Shown here one piece after another: positions 40,765 through 54,319 of a stretch of 64,000 nucleotides of DNA; the stretch's first letter is position 1; every line of letters begins with the position of its first letter. The translations under genes and the position numbers were made by a program. The DNA is from Octopus vulgaris. Taxonomy: Eukaryota. The stretch lies in contig OX597815.1 of NCBI GenBank assembly GCA_951406725.2, forward strand, positions 25,110,001-25,174,000, given 5' to 3'. The notes beneath the pieces are model-generated. The model worked only from the letters and a program-made list of their open reading frames with translations. It was not told the DNA's origin and ran no database searches.

Positions 40765-41133
40765 TGAGTCAACAATGGAACCTGTACGCGATCGCTCGAC
40801 CTGCAGGAAAAAGAATCAAGCATTCCAAAATTCCTTCAAATTACACCCTACGTCTTGAGAATCGAAAAACACATAGAATAATGTAGTCCAAGATACGTAA
40901 TGGTCGAGAGGAAAATGAACTGGTCATGGTTTCAATGCCTTTGGTTATAGATCTTCTCAAACTACGCTAGCAATAGCAACCACCTTTCCCTCACAACACA
41001 CCCTGTCATCTTTAAAAAGGATGAATACTTATGGTTATGCACGAGAAAGGAATGAGGTGATCGTGGCTGGAACGTCTCCAATCACAGACATGGTCAATAA
41101 GGATTGACCTGGGGTTAAACAACAACTAATAAT

Positions 41134-42185
41134 CTATTTCGTACGCAAATACATGGTCTTACATTTATAAGCATCAAACATGTGCTCTACATGTCCAAGC
41201 CTTTTCAGATGTTGCCTATGAGAGATAACTTCGTACAACAAACGTTTCAGCTTATCTCCTCCGCATTTCTTTGCCTCTGCAAGTATTCTTCTGGCCATGC
41301 CTAGTGATTTTCCATTGTTTGTTTGTGTTATGGCTTTGATGGTTTCCTTCTGATTTCGGGTTTCATCTAGACATTCTTTTAATGGCAGCTGCTGAATACC
41401 GTTCGTCTCCCGCAGATTCATCAATCTCTGTCATCCTAGTCAATAGCTCGCTGTAGTGTTCCTTCCATTGAGCCTGTATTTCATTTGGCTGCTTCAAGAT
41501 CTTATTTCCATCCTTGGCCTTAACAGAACTCTCATGACCCATAGATTCCTTTCAGTGGCAGGTATATTACCTTAGAATTTCTAGCAACAGGTGCGTTTTG
41601 AAGGGCTTAAGCTTTTTCTTCCCACCAGGTATTCTGGATGCCGCGCAAATACCTTTGGATTTCATCTTTCATCTTCCTTAATGCTTCCACAGCTTTCTCC
41701 TTATCGACTGAAGACAAATTTGGAAGAAATATCCTTTCATGTAACCTTTGTTTTTCCTCCAGCAAGATGCGAATTTCCTTATCATTCTCATCGAACCAGT
41801 CTTGATGTTTCTGATTTCTAACGTCCAGAATTTTCTAAAATCTATTGTGTATATTTTCCTTGATATCTTTCAAAAATATTTACCTGGTTTAAAGATTAGA
41901 GACTGTCAGCTTCTTTTGACTGGAATTTGCCCACATCAAACTTTTTGCGTGTAATTGCTTTGCGCTGAAACTTGGAGAGTATTTTAAGCCTGATCTTGGT
42001 TCTGGATAACCAATGATCAGTCCAGTACATCATATAGATTTGTTCTTGATTTTTTGACGAAAGAAAGTGTTGTTGATATCAGATTATATTCATTGCATAA
42101 GTGCAGAGGATACAGTTCATTGCTGTTGGGTTTACCAAATCCATATTTTCCCAGGCAAAGCCAAATATGTTCAGCTCCTTCTCTA
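41134..42185 (-). mobile_element. Decayed RTE (BovB-like) LINE, APE endonuclease and linker fragments
   Basis: Minus-strand NAREG...LGKYGFGKPNSNE...CNEYNL and WTDHWL resemble RTE endonuclease motifs; KAITQTNNGKSLG...K.GG resembles the pre-RT region. Confidence 0.6.
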
Positions 42186-42956
42186 GCATTAGTCTTTCAT
42201 TACATTACATTCCATACATACATACATACATACATACATACATACATGCATGCATACATACATACATACATACATACATACATACATACATACATACATA
42301 CGTACGTACGTACGTACGTACGTACATACATACATACATACATACATACATACATACATACATACATACATACATAAATACATACATAAATACATACATT
42401 CATGCATACATACATACATACATACATACATACATACATACATACATACATACATACATACATACATACATACATACATACATACATACATACATACATA
42501 CATACATACATACATACATACATACATACATACATCAATGTTTTACTATGTTGATTCTAACGATAGGAGTTTTGTTTCTTTGTTAGAAACCAGATGTTTC
42601 ACAGGAAGATGTCAAATAATTAAAACTAAAAGGATAACATACATACGTATACACTACTAACAAGGTTCATTCCAAGTCGGACTGGTCCAAAAATGTTCAT
42701 TCTTATAAAATACCGATGATTTGCTAAACTACAGAGAGGAATATTCTTACTGGTTACACTTGAAAGAAAAGAAAAAAAAATCAAAGGAAATAAACGAAAT
42801 AGGTAAAATGAACAAAATGGGAAAACTGAGAATGCGTGTAAGCAATTGACAAAACATAATTAAGTCCGTCACCAGACTGTAACAAGTATCAAACACTGGA
42901 TTTTGTAGAGCGAAACAGAAATTATTCTATCAGAACGAACATTGACCCTAATACAA

Positions 42957-44143
42957 TCTTTATATATATAAAACTGAGAATGTCTGTTTGTCTGTCTGTC
43001 TGTGTGTTTCCCTAAAACTTGAGAACTACTCAACCAATTTCATTCAAATTTTACACATGCCTTACTTAAGGTCCGGGGAGTGTCATCGGCAAAATAAAAT
43101 GTTCAACTTTTTGCCTAGGGCGAGCTCACAGCAATATCATATCTTCTCCACTACGATTCCCTAAAACTTGAGAACTACACAACCAATTCCATTCAAATTT
43201 TACACATGCCTTACTTAGGGTCCATGTAGTTTCATGAGCAAAAAACAATGTTCAACTTCTTGCCTAGAGCGAGCCCATAGCAATATCATATCTTCTCCAC
43301 TATTTCAGGATTACGTGTTAAAAGTGAAACAAAAACGTTTCTCTATTTTATGTCAGATACTTTCACTTTAACAATAAAAATAATAATAACAATTGAATTA
43401 TATGTAGTAAGTAATAATTAAAATCAAACTAAAGTATAATATAATCGTAACATTAAAAAAAAGTAAAAATAGCAATTGGTATAAAATTGCATCAATGACT
43501 TGAACTTGAGTAAGTGGTTTCACATGAATAGGAATAAATTAAAAATAAAATTAGCGTGCAGAAATGGAGTAGTCCAGATGGATAATAAAAAATTAAATTA
43601 AAGAAAAGACTATTGTCTATAAAGTATACAATGTAGAGAAAAAAGAAGATTTGAACACATGGAGGAAATCACCTTCGAAAAGTGTCTTGGTGCGACTATG
43701 AAAGGTATCTAATCAGAGGCGGTAAATTCGCCACAATAGAAGCAAGGTTCGAGTCGACGGAGCGTGCAAGGGAGTACTCGACTCGAACTTGCAAAGTGGA
43801 AATATTTTATTTTTACCTTTATAGCTGGGACGTAGGACGTCCCGGAAAAAAATTTAAAATCCCCCCCACTCGAAGTAGAGGTAGGCTGGATTGTAGCCGC
43901 ACTTCTATACAAGAGGGAGGACAAGATACAATTGATCGAAATTACAAGAGACGGGCTAACAATTCCAGTCTTATATATATTTCGAGTATTGTTATCACTA
44001 GCGATTTCAAGATATAACTTTGTATTTTGTACTTTATGTGTAGATGTATATATATAGATGTACATGTAATATGTACACATATATATACACATATATTCAT
44101 GCACTAGCACTATGACCCGGCAACGACGGGTCTTTAATGGTAG
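42957..44143 (+). mobile_element. Probable Helitron with internal ~150 bp tandem repeat
   Basis: 5' TCTTTATATATATAAAACTGAG; repeat units at 43008-43153 and 43157-43302; 3' hairpin GACCCGGCAACGACGGGTC then GTAG. Linkage of the two ends is inferred. Confidence 0.55.
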
Positions 44144-44257
44144 TATCATATAATTTTTACATTTTACTTACGAAACTTGGACCAATAGCAACAGAACTTT
44201 CTGTAACTTAGGAGAGATGTATAAACAATAAGCGTTGACTCGTAGGTTTACCTTCTT

Positions 44258-45643
44258 AAGATTTGATTTTCATGTTGTGTAGTCTTTCTTGTACAGAATA
44301 AGGAAAAAAGTAATCATGTTTTTGCAATGACTCTCACTGATTTTGTGGCGAACAGTTTCTTTAAGATTGACAAAACGAAGCTAGTGTAAAATATTTACAT
44401 TATAGAACTCCCGCACAGGTCAGGATAAGGATCTTTTCGGTTTGAACAGCAGTTTTTTCTAGCGGTGTCATATGAAATTGTCACCCATAATTATGACCCT
44501 ACTATCGATCTATTGCATTTCAATCTGTTTTAGGTTTAGGGTTAGGGTTAGGGTTAGGGTTAGAGGTGGGGGGAAGGGTATCTTTTTTTTGTCACAAATG
44601 TAAATAAATCCAATCTGTTTCTTAAACGAGGGACATATTCATACGGCACAGAATGTTTTTTTTACCTCAATAGACGTCACTGATTGGTTGAAATTGCAGA
44701 AATTGAAGAAAGAAAAAAACAACAAATATCTTACAAACCATAGAATTTTCTCAATAAAGCCAAGAGAAAAAGATGTTTTATAAACACATTCTACCAGTAT
44801 ACGAAGTTTAAAAGTGTTTAGTTACGCGGAAATTATTTTAAAAACTGCCGTTCAAACCGAAAAGATTCAAGATTTGATTTTCATGTTGTGTAGTCTTGTA
44901 CAGAATAAGAACAAAAAGTAATCATGTTTTTGCATTGACCCTCACTGATTTTGTGGCAAACAGTTCCTTTAAGATTGACAAAACCAGCTAGTGTAAAATA
45001 TTTACATTATAGAACTCCCGCACAGGTCAGGATAATGATCTTTTCGGTTTGAACGGCAGTTTTTTCTAGCGGCGTCATATGAAATTGTCACCCATAATTA
45101 TGACCCTTGTATCGATCTATTGCATTTGAATCTGTTTTAGGGTTAGGGTTAGGGTTAGGGTTAGGGTTAGGGTTAGAGGTGGGGGAGGGTATCTTTTTTT
45201 CGTCACAAATGTAAATAAACCCAATCTGTTTCTTAAACGGGGGACATATTCATACGGCACAGAATGTTTTTTTTACCTCAATAGACGTCACTGATTGGTT
45301 GAAATTGCAGAAATTGAAGACAAAAACAACAACTATCTTACAAACTATAGAATTTTCTCAATAAAGCCAAGAGAAAAAGATGTTTTATAAACACATTCTA
45401 CCAGTATACGAAGTTTAAAAGTGTTTAGTTACGTGGAAATTATTTTTAAAACTGCCGTTCAAACCGAAAAGATTCAAGATTTGATTTTCATGTTGTGTAG
45501 TCTTGTACAGAATAAGGACAAAAAGTAATCATGTCTTTGCAATGACCCTCACTGATTTTTTGGCGAACAGTTTCTTTTAAGATTGTCAAAACCAGCTAGT
45601 GTAAAATATTTACATTATAGAACTCCCGCACAGGTCAGGATAA
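44258..45643. repeat. Array of three ~170 bp direct repeats alternating with two 440 bp TIR elements containing (TTAGGG)n
   Basis: Spacers 44258-44428, 44869-45035, 45476-45643. Elements 44429-44868 and 45036-45475, with TIR GATCTTTTCGGTTTGAACRGCAGTTTT. Confidence 0.9.
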
Positions 45644-46083
45644 TAAAGTAGCAGTCAAGTACTAGGGACGAAGATATCCACTAAACACTTCTGACCTTGC
45701 AACTAAATCTGAAACTATTATAGAACCAGCACAACAAGATATCAGCCCATCTCCTCGCCCATCTTGCACATTCTTTCTCTTGGCTAGCAGCTATAGTCCC
45801 TTTCTCAGTTTGTTTGTTTTTTTCTCCTCCTTCTTTCACCCTTCTCTCTCTCTCTCTCCTTCTCTCTGTCTCCTTCTCTCTCTCTCTTCTTGTTCCCCCT
45901 CTCTCTCTCTCTCTCTCTTCTTGTTCCTCCCCCTCTCTCTCTCTCTTCTTGTTCCCCCCTCTCTCTCTCTCACTTTCTCTTCCTCCCATTTTCAGATCTC
46001 TGCCTTTCACTCATTTGCAAGCTCTTTCCGTCTGGTGGCTCGTGACATGCACACACACACACGCACACACACATACACGTATA

Positions 46084-46187
<104 letters not shown>

Positions 46188-46403
46188 ATATATATATATA
46201 TATATGTCATATATATATATATATTTATATATATATATATATGTCACGCGTTCTTTTAACAGACCTATTTTCATTAACGATCATTTATAATTGTAGCCCA
46301 ACCCTTTAATTTTTATTTAGAAACAGGATAATTCTGTTTCGGACAACCATCCTCCCTTCCTTCCTTCCTCCCTCTCTCTGTCTCTCTCTCTCTTCCCTCT
46401 CTT

Positions 46404-46462
<59 letters not shown>

Positions 46463-46911
46463 ATCTCTTCTGACTACTTTTCTACTTTTCTCAGCTGCCC
46501 CCCCCCCCCACTACATCTCCACCACTTCATGACCGATAAAATATACATTTGAGAATGACTTCTCTATATAAGTCTTGAATAGTTAAACCACACCTATATT
46601 ATCAAGTATTTGTCATCACTTCTCTCTCTCTCTCACTGTACGCTTCTTTTCGTCTCCTAAAAGTCCCCCATTATTGCAGCACTTACGTTGAAGCTGGGAG
46701 GGGTCGAAAAAATGACTGGAAACAAGAAAGGAGGAAAATAACAAACAACAAACAAGAGACAGAAACAAACAGAAATGAAAGAGAAGAAAGATTGGTGGAT
46801 CGAGAGAGTAGGAGAATTAGATAAGTAGTCTAACGTGTCTACTTTAGAAGAGTGATAGTCGGAGGAATGATTTCTATATTAGCCACGATGGCTTACATAA
46901 AGAAAAACATT

Positions 46912-47013
46912 AGGCGCAGGAGTGGCTGTGTGGTAAGTAGCTTGCTTACCAACCACATGGTTCTGGGTTCTGGGTTCAGTTGATTTGGTAGACGGAAACT
47001 GAAAGAAGCCCGT

Positions 47014-47051
<38 letters not shown>

Positions 47052-47765
47052 AAAGTAAAAAAATATACAAACTGGGACAAGAGCGTGAAACATTTAGAAG
47101 ACGACACAAAAAACACGGACGGGACATTCGAAGCCTTCAATCTTCAGTCAAGAACCGGATCATCTTCGCAATTTCGGCTGATTAATCTTGAGATTGCTCT
47201 GACCTGAGCAGCCCCAAAGGAAAATCTAAGCCAAGCGCATTAGATTCCTTGGAAGAAAGCCTCGAATGCATACAAAACAAGGACGGAAAACGGACGATGT
47301 TACACAGGGAGAGTTTACGAAAAAAACAAAAGACGAAGACAGGTGGTGTACAAAACAAACAGATGTATTAGTATAACGCTCAGGAATCGAAAAAGTCTTT
47401 TACGTTTCGAGCCTACGCTCTTCTACAGAAAGGGATAGAGAAAAAACAAGGAGAGAAAAAAAGGGGGAGAAACAAGGAGAGAAAAAAGGAGGGAAAAATA
47501 GGAGAGAAATATATGTAGATATATATATATGTGTGTGTGTGTGTATATGTTTGTGTGTCTGTGTTTGTCCCCCAAAACATCGCTTGACAACCGATGCTGG
47601 TATGCTTACATTCCCGTAACTTAGCGGTTCGGCAAAAGAGACCGATAGAATAAGTACTAGGCTTACAAAGAATAAGTCCTGGGGTCGATTTGCTCGGTTA
47701 AAGGCGGTGCTCCAGCATGGTCGCAGTCGAATAACTGAAACAAGCAATAGAATAAAAGAGTAAAA
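46912..47765 (+). mobile_element. SINE family A split by nested insertions
   Basis: 5' half at 46912-47016, 3' half at ~47545-47765. Inserts include a reverse copy of the 36200-36350 sequence and an H2 unit. Confidence 0.8.
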
Positions 47766-47845
47766 GACAAAACAAAAAAAATGTGTGTGCATGTGTGTGA
47801 GTGTGTGTGGTTGTGAGGGTCTTGCATGTAAACAAGACTAATAAA

Positions 47846-47881
<36 letters not shown>

Positions 47882-48143
47882 GAGTGAGAGAGCAGTGCAT
47901 GCCATCAAGGTGACACTGGGGTAAAATATACGAAGCCCAGTATACCCATCATGACTACCCGTCTGATAAGGGTACACCAGGCACATGCATCACAACCATA
48001 TGTGCGCGACATGGTGATCTCATATGAAGATAAACAGCACATGATCTTGCAGGTGGGGCCCAGTTAGAATTTTCTTCGGGTCGAGTAGCCCATCCCGCTC
48101 AAAAGGTTCCTGAATAAGGGTTGTTTAAGGATGTTGAAAGAAC
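47882..48143 (-). mobile_element. Repeat family D, 5'-truncated, embedded in (TTA)n
   Basis: Reverse complement of ~56145-56407. Confidence 0.85.
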
Positions 48144-48544
<401 letters not shown>

Positions 48545-49105
48545 TGTTGGGAAGGTAGAAAACTCAATTAATCTTCTGTTGTAGTAATAGTCGTTTGGAC
48601 TTGGTCGCTAGCCAACTTATTAAGTACAGTGCAAACTTAGTGCAACGGCATAAGCAAACACGAATGTAAGAGATTGCTTTGTAAGTTTGATCAAGACTTA
48701 CTCAACGGGTGTTTTATATTGTATTGTATTGTACTTTCATTTTTTTTTTACTTTTGTTTGTTTCGCTTGGAGACATGGAAAAAGACCGAGAAAATTGTAG
48801 CGGAAATTTACCAACTTTTTTTAACGAGAATTTTTACAAATGTCTTTACGTTTATTTTGTTGAATACGTTAAAGAGAGATTGCCGCTGCGAACATGTTGA
48901 ACTTGCATTGTAACAACTGAGCGGGGTAAGGAAGGAAACTTCGTCAATGAAGAGCGAAATATTTGAATAGTATAAAAAGAATTCATGTATGTATGCATAC
49001 ACCTATGCATTCATCGATGACGACGACGACAACGACGACGATAATACAACGACGATGATGGGGACGATGAAGAGCCGAAAGAAATCATGTGTGTGTGTGT
49101 GTGAA

Positions 49106-49322
49106 TGAGGGGACGCTGAAAAGTTCCTGGCTTTAAGGCTGTTGCAAAAGGTCTGGCTGGAAGCCCACCCTTTCGAGTTCTTTTACAGGGCTTAGAAAAA
49201 CTGAAGGACCGCTTGCAATATGTGCGTGAATCTGAGAGGGGTATATGTTGAATAAAATTATAATTAACTGATCCTCCGGTATTTTCTTTTAGCTGAAGCC
49301 AGAAACTTTTCAGTACCCCTCG
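49106..49322. mobile_element. mariner-derived MITE
   Basis: TIRs GAGGGGACGCTGAAAAGTTCCTGGCTT / AAGCCAGAAACTTTTCAGTACCCCTCG, followed by TA. Confidence 0.75.
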
Positions 49323-49337
49323 TATATATATATATAT

Positions 49338-49541
49338 ACCGCGTGTGTATCGTTGGCGATTTTTTTTCCTCCGTCTTCTCTTCCTTGAACCTTTCTTCTT
49401 CCTATGTTTCTGACGAAGAGCTCCGCTCGAAACGTTAAATCCTCCTTCTTTCTTTCCTTTCCTGAGCGTCCAATAACACTATACTTGTTCCACGTCCTCG
49501 CGTTGTTGTGTTTTCTCTTTGTGTTTTCATGTTTGGAAAAA

Positions 49542-49544
<3 letters not shown>
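49338..49544 (+). mobile_element. Short repeat unit H1 with hammerhead-like motif
   Basis: CTGACGA at 49410-49416, then AGAGCTCCGCTCGAAACGTTAAAT. (TA)n on both sides. Confidence 0.7.
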
Positions 49545-49587
<43 letters not shown>

Positions 49588-50350
49588 CGTTTTTGGATTT
49601 GGTTTACAAGATTCTTTATATGAGTTCGTGTGTCGAAGCATATTCTATTGTGTCTGAGGAGAGTCATTTTCTTTTTGTGCCTTATAATATAACACACCCA
49701 ATTTTCGTTGCGTCTTGCAACCTTTTCCATAGTTTTGACTCAAAACTATGGAAAAGGTTGCTAGACGCAACGAAAATTTTAGAAAAATAAAAAATAAGAA
49801 AAAAGTGGAAACTTTCCCGGTGAGTGTGTTATATTATAAGGCACAAAAAGAAAATGACTCTCCCCAGACACAATAATATATATATATATATTCATATATA
49901 CATATAGTGTGTGTGTGTGTGTTTGTGTGTTTGTGCTTGAGTGTGTATGTATGCATGTATGACTGAATGAATGTATGTATGTATGCATGCATGCATGCAT
50001 GCATGCATGTATGTATGTATGTATGTATGTATGTATGTATGTATGTATGTATGTATGTATGTATGTATGCATGTATGGTGAGAGCGGGTTGTCATTAAAT
50101 GCTGATGACAAAATGTCATAAGTAGAGTGTATTGTACATGATGAAAACGTGATTTTCCGGTTTTGCTCAAGTTATTATTTCAGAAATAACTTCATGAAAA
50201 TATTCTGGTTTAGTCAATAACTTTTGATAGCTCTATGTGACGTCTGCAAACCTGATAGATCAAGGTGAGAATATAGAATCCCATTATATACATGTGCGTG
50301 CGGAAACATAGCTACACACACAGAAATTATATATATATATATATATATAA

Positions 50351-50690
50351 AAAGGGTAAAGACCCCCTTCGGTCATGAATGACCATGGGATTGCACCTAG
50401 AAAGTTACCCTCCTAGACACAAGTCCGGGCACGGTTGTTTATGGAAGACCAGCAGTCGCCCATGCATACCAGCCTCCCCTCTCCACGCCACCAGTGTTAT
50501 CCAAGGGAAAGACAAAGGTCGATACAGCTTGGCACCAGTGACGTCGCAACTCATTTCTACAGCTGAGTGAACTGGAGCAACGTGAAATAAAGTGCCTTGC
50601 TCAAGAACACAACACCCAGCCTGGTCCGGGATTCGAGCTCACAACCTCACGATCGTAAGCTCGACGCTCTAACCACTGAGCCATGCGTCT

Positions 50691-50692
<2 letters not shown>
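50351..50692 (-). mobile_element. tRNA-headed SINE family C, full length
   Basis: Minus-strand head ATGGCTCAGTGGTTAGAGCG...GAGCTCGAATCCC (A and B boxes), then TTCTTGAGCAAGGCACTT (CORE/V-like). Flanked by (TA)n. Confidence 0.85.
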
Positions 50693-50754
<62 letters not shown>

Positions 50755-52548
50755 GACATACACACATACACACTCACACAAACATACACACACACATACT
50801 TACACACACACTCACCTGCACGCCCACACACATGCATGACAAACACTCATACACTCACACTCACATACACACACACCAACATAAACACGCACACGCACAC
50901 ACACACCTACACTCCCACACACATACACACGCACGCATACACACGCATACACACATACATTACACACGTACACACACACCTACATACACATGCATACACA
51001 CACACACACAAACATGCACGGACACACCCAGACATACATACATACACCTATATACACACGCCCACACACCTACATACACACACATATACACACGCCCACA
51101 CAGCTACATACACACACATACATACACACACATACACGGACACACCCATACATACTTACATACATACACCTATACACACACGCCTACACACCTACACACA
51201 CACATGCATACACACACACACATGTACGCACATACACACACATATACGCACATACATATATACCCACACACATGCACACACACACACATACGCACATGCA
51301 TGCACGCATGCACACGCGCACACCTACACGCATACACACACACACACGCACGTACACATACATACATACACACACGCATACATACACCCATACACATACA
51401 TGCATCCTACACACACATACATACACACTCACACACATACATACACACACACACTCACTCACACACCTGTATGTTCGCGCACACACATGCACATACACAC
51501 ACTTCCCCACACCCACACGTACATACATACACACTCACACACATACACACACACACACACACACGGACATACATCTATGCACACACATATATACACACAT
51601 ACTCACATACATTCATCGGACACACTGCCACCCAGACATACACACAGACACACTCACACATCCACACACACACATACTTACGCGCACACTCGCAGGCGCG
51701 CGCACACACGCGCTTGCGCCGGTTCGCGCACGCATACGCGCCGCATGCACCTCGCCCTTGGACCCGACGAGACCTCCCGCCCGTTCCTGGGATCGTCGCT
51801 TGTCGTTGGGTTTTCCCACGCCCGTCTCCGCGGGACCACTCTTCCATCTTCCCCTCAGCTGGAGTCCTTTTCCTTAACCCCCCTTTTTCGTTACACACAC
51901 GCGCACACATATACACACATTGCTTAAATATATACATTACTCTTACACACATTCAATCTACTCGCCATTAATACTACCACGACACTGGACACACACACAC
52001 ACTACTACTCAACACACGCTGGCACGCTACATACGCCCCCACCCCTTCCCCTCCCTCCCTTCCTCCTTCCTTCCTTTTCTTACTACTGACCTTTGTCTGC
52101 TATGCTGCTGCTATGCTGACCACCGTCTCGCCCTACCTCACACGCCTACACACAGACGCACACACTAACACATACATATATTTTTTGTTTTTTTATCTCG
52201 CCTCACACACACACATACACACACGCACACGCACACACTCACACATACACACACATCTGTTGCGTTACCAACCTTGTCTCCACTCTTTTGCCTTTAAAAA
52301 CCCACTTTGCTCTTGTTATCGTAAACATCCGCCTTTCACCATGTGTAACTCCTAAACACCAGTCGTTTTTTTCTCTATCTCCGTTGCCCGCTCTGGGATC
52401 TTTCTTTCCTCTCTCTTCCTTCTTTATGTTTCCGACGAAGAGCTCCGCTCGAAACGTCATACCTCCCTGCTTCCATTTCCTGAGCGCCTATTAATAATAA
52501 TACTGTAATTGTTCCATTGTTGTTGTTTTTTTGTTTCCCGTTTGGATT

Positions 52549-52605
<57 letters not shown>

Positions 52606-52606
<1 letters not shown>

Positions 52607-52798
52607 TCTTTACTCTTTTACTTGTTTCAGTCATTTGACTGTGGCTATGCTAGAGCACCGCCTTCAGTCGAGCAAATCGACCCCAGGACTTATTCTTTGG
52701 AAGCCTAGTACTTATTCTATCGGTCTCTTTTGCCGAACCGCTAAGTTACAGGGTCGTAAACACACCAGCATCGGTTGTCAAGCGATGTTGGGAGTTAA

Positions 52799-52863
<65 letters not shown>

Positions 52864-53031
52864 TATACGATGGGCTTCTTTCAGTTTCCGTCTACCAAAT
52901 CCACTCATAAGGCTTTGGTCGGCCCTAGGCTATAGCAGAAGACACTTGCCCAAGGTGCCACGCAGTGGGACTGAACCCGGAACTATGTGGTTCGTAAGCA
53001 AGCTACTTACCACACAGCCACTCCTACGCCT
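52606..53031 (-). mobile_element. SINE family A, full length
   Basis: Reverse complement of 2466-2866. Confidence 0.9.
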
Positions 53032-53055
53032 GTATATATATAATTTAAAATAATA

Positions 53056-54255
53056 AGGGTGAAAAATTGAATATTAATTTGATTAATATCAATTTAAAAC
53101 CAGTGGTCTGGCATATTGAAAATTCAGAAAAATTATATTACATGCATATAAGAGGGATGACGACCAAGTGGACATCCATTATGCTAGAAGTGGGCCACCA
53201 ATGGTCTTACCACTAAGAAAGAATCGTTCTTAAGAAAATTTAGCAAACGCTAGAACATAAACGAGCAAGACAAATGAAACGATACAAAATATAAATATTA
53301 ATCACAAACCCGATTTCGTTGTTACCACTTACGTAATTTTCCGCATCAGTGTGATCGTCGTAGCAGAATATAATTTGCAGAACTATACACGAAACGTCCG
53401 CATGATATTGAACATGTATACAGTTCTACCAATTACATTTGGGGTTATCTTTCAAAAGTCTTCGTTTTGGCGCGCCAAAATACCGGAAATAATTCTGCAG
53501 AAAATAATTCTCTGCAGTGAATATTGCCGGTTAGAGAACATAGTTTTTTTAATTTAAATTTAAAATAATAAGTGTGAAAAATTGAATATTAAATAACAAC
53601 GAAACCGGGTTTGTGATTAACCTTTATATTTTTTATCTTTTCATTTGTCTTACTCGTTTATGTTCTGGCGTTTGCTAAATTTTCTTGAGAACAATCATTT
53701 CTTAGTGGTAAGACCATTGGTGGCCCACTTTTAGCATAATAGATGGCCACTTAGTGGTCATCACTCTTATATGTATGTAATATAATTTTTCTGAATTTTC
53801 ACATTTTTCAGTATGCTAGACCACTGGTTTTAAATTGGTATTAATCAAATTGATGGAAGCACTCCGTCGGTTACGACGACGAGGGTTCCGGTTGATCCGA
53901 ATCAACGGAACAGCCTGCTCGTGAAATTAACGTGTAAGTGGCTGAGCACTCCACAGACACGTGTACCCTTAACGTAGTTCTCGGGGATATTCAGCGTGAC
54001 ACAGAGAGTGACAAGGCCGGCCCTTTGAAATACAGGTACAACAGAAACAGGAAGTAAGAGTGAGAGAAAGTTGTGGTGAAAGAGTACAGCAGGGATCACC
54101 AGCATCCCCTGCCGGAGATTAGGTGTTTTCGCTCAATAAACACTCACAACGCCCGGTCTGGGAATCGAAACCGCGATCCTATGACCGCGAGTCCGCTGCC
54201 CTAACCACTGGGCCATTGCGCCTCCTAATCAAATTAATATTCAATTTTTCACCTT
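53056..54255. repeat. Foldback element (~270 bp inverted arms) interrupted by a SINE
   Basis: Left arm 53056-53324; right arm 53594-53851 plus 54236-54255. Confidence 0.85.
53852..54225 (-). mobile_element. tRNA-Arg-like-headed SINE with 10-bp TSD
   Basis: Head GGAGGCGCAATGGCCCAGTGGTTAGGGCAGCGGACTCGCGG...GTTTCGATTCCC. TSD TAATCAAATT at 53842-53851 and 54226-54235. Confidence 0.9.
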
Positions 54256-54319
54256 GGATCTAGATTATAAAGCGGCTCTTTCTCTATTGGCAAGAAATCT
54301 TGAAATAAAACTAACTAAT

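Noticed and set aside
44530-45176. (TTAGGG)n as a telomere or chromosome-fusion relic
   Set aside because: Short tracts at a fixed position inside a TIR element.
44258-45643. Alternating repeat and spacer pattern as a CRISPR-like array
   Set aside because: Units are far too long, both components are repeated, the context is eukaryotic, and no cas genes are present.
48560-48930. Unique region ending in GGG|GTAAGG as a non-coding first exon
   Set aside because: A lone donor-like motif without other support.
54150-54225. tRNA-like sequences as tRNA genes (also 50620-50692, 55390-55464)
   Set aside because: No complete acceptor stem or T-run terminator; they continue into SINE bodies, one with a TSD.
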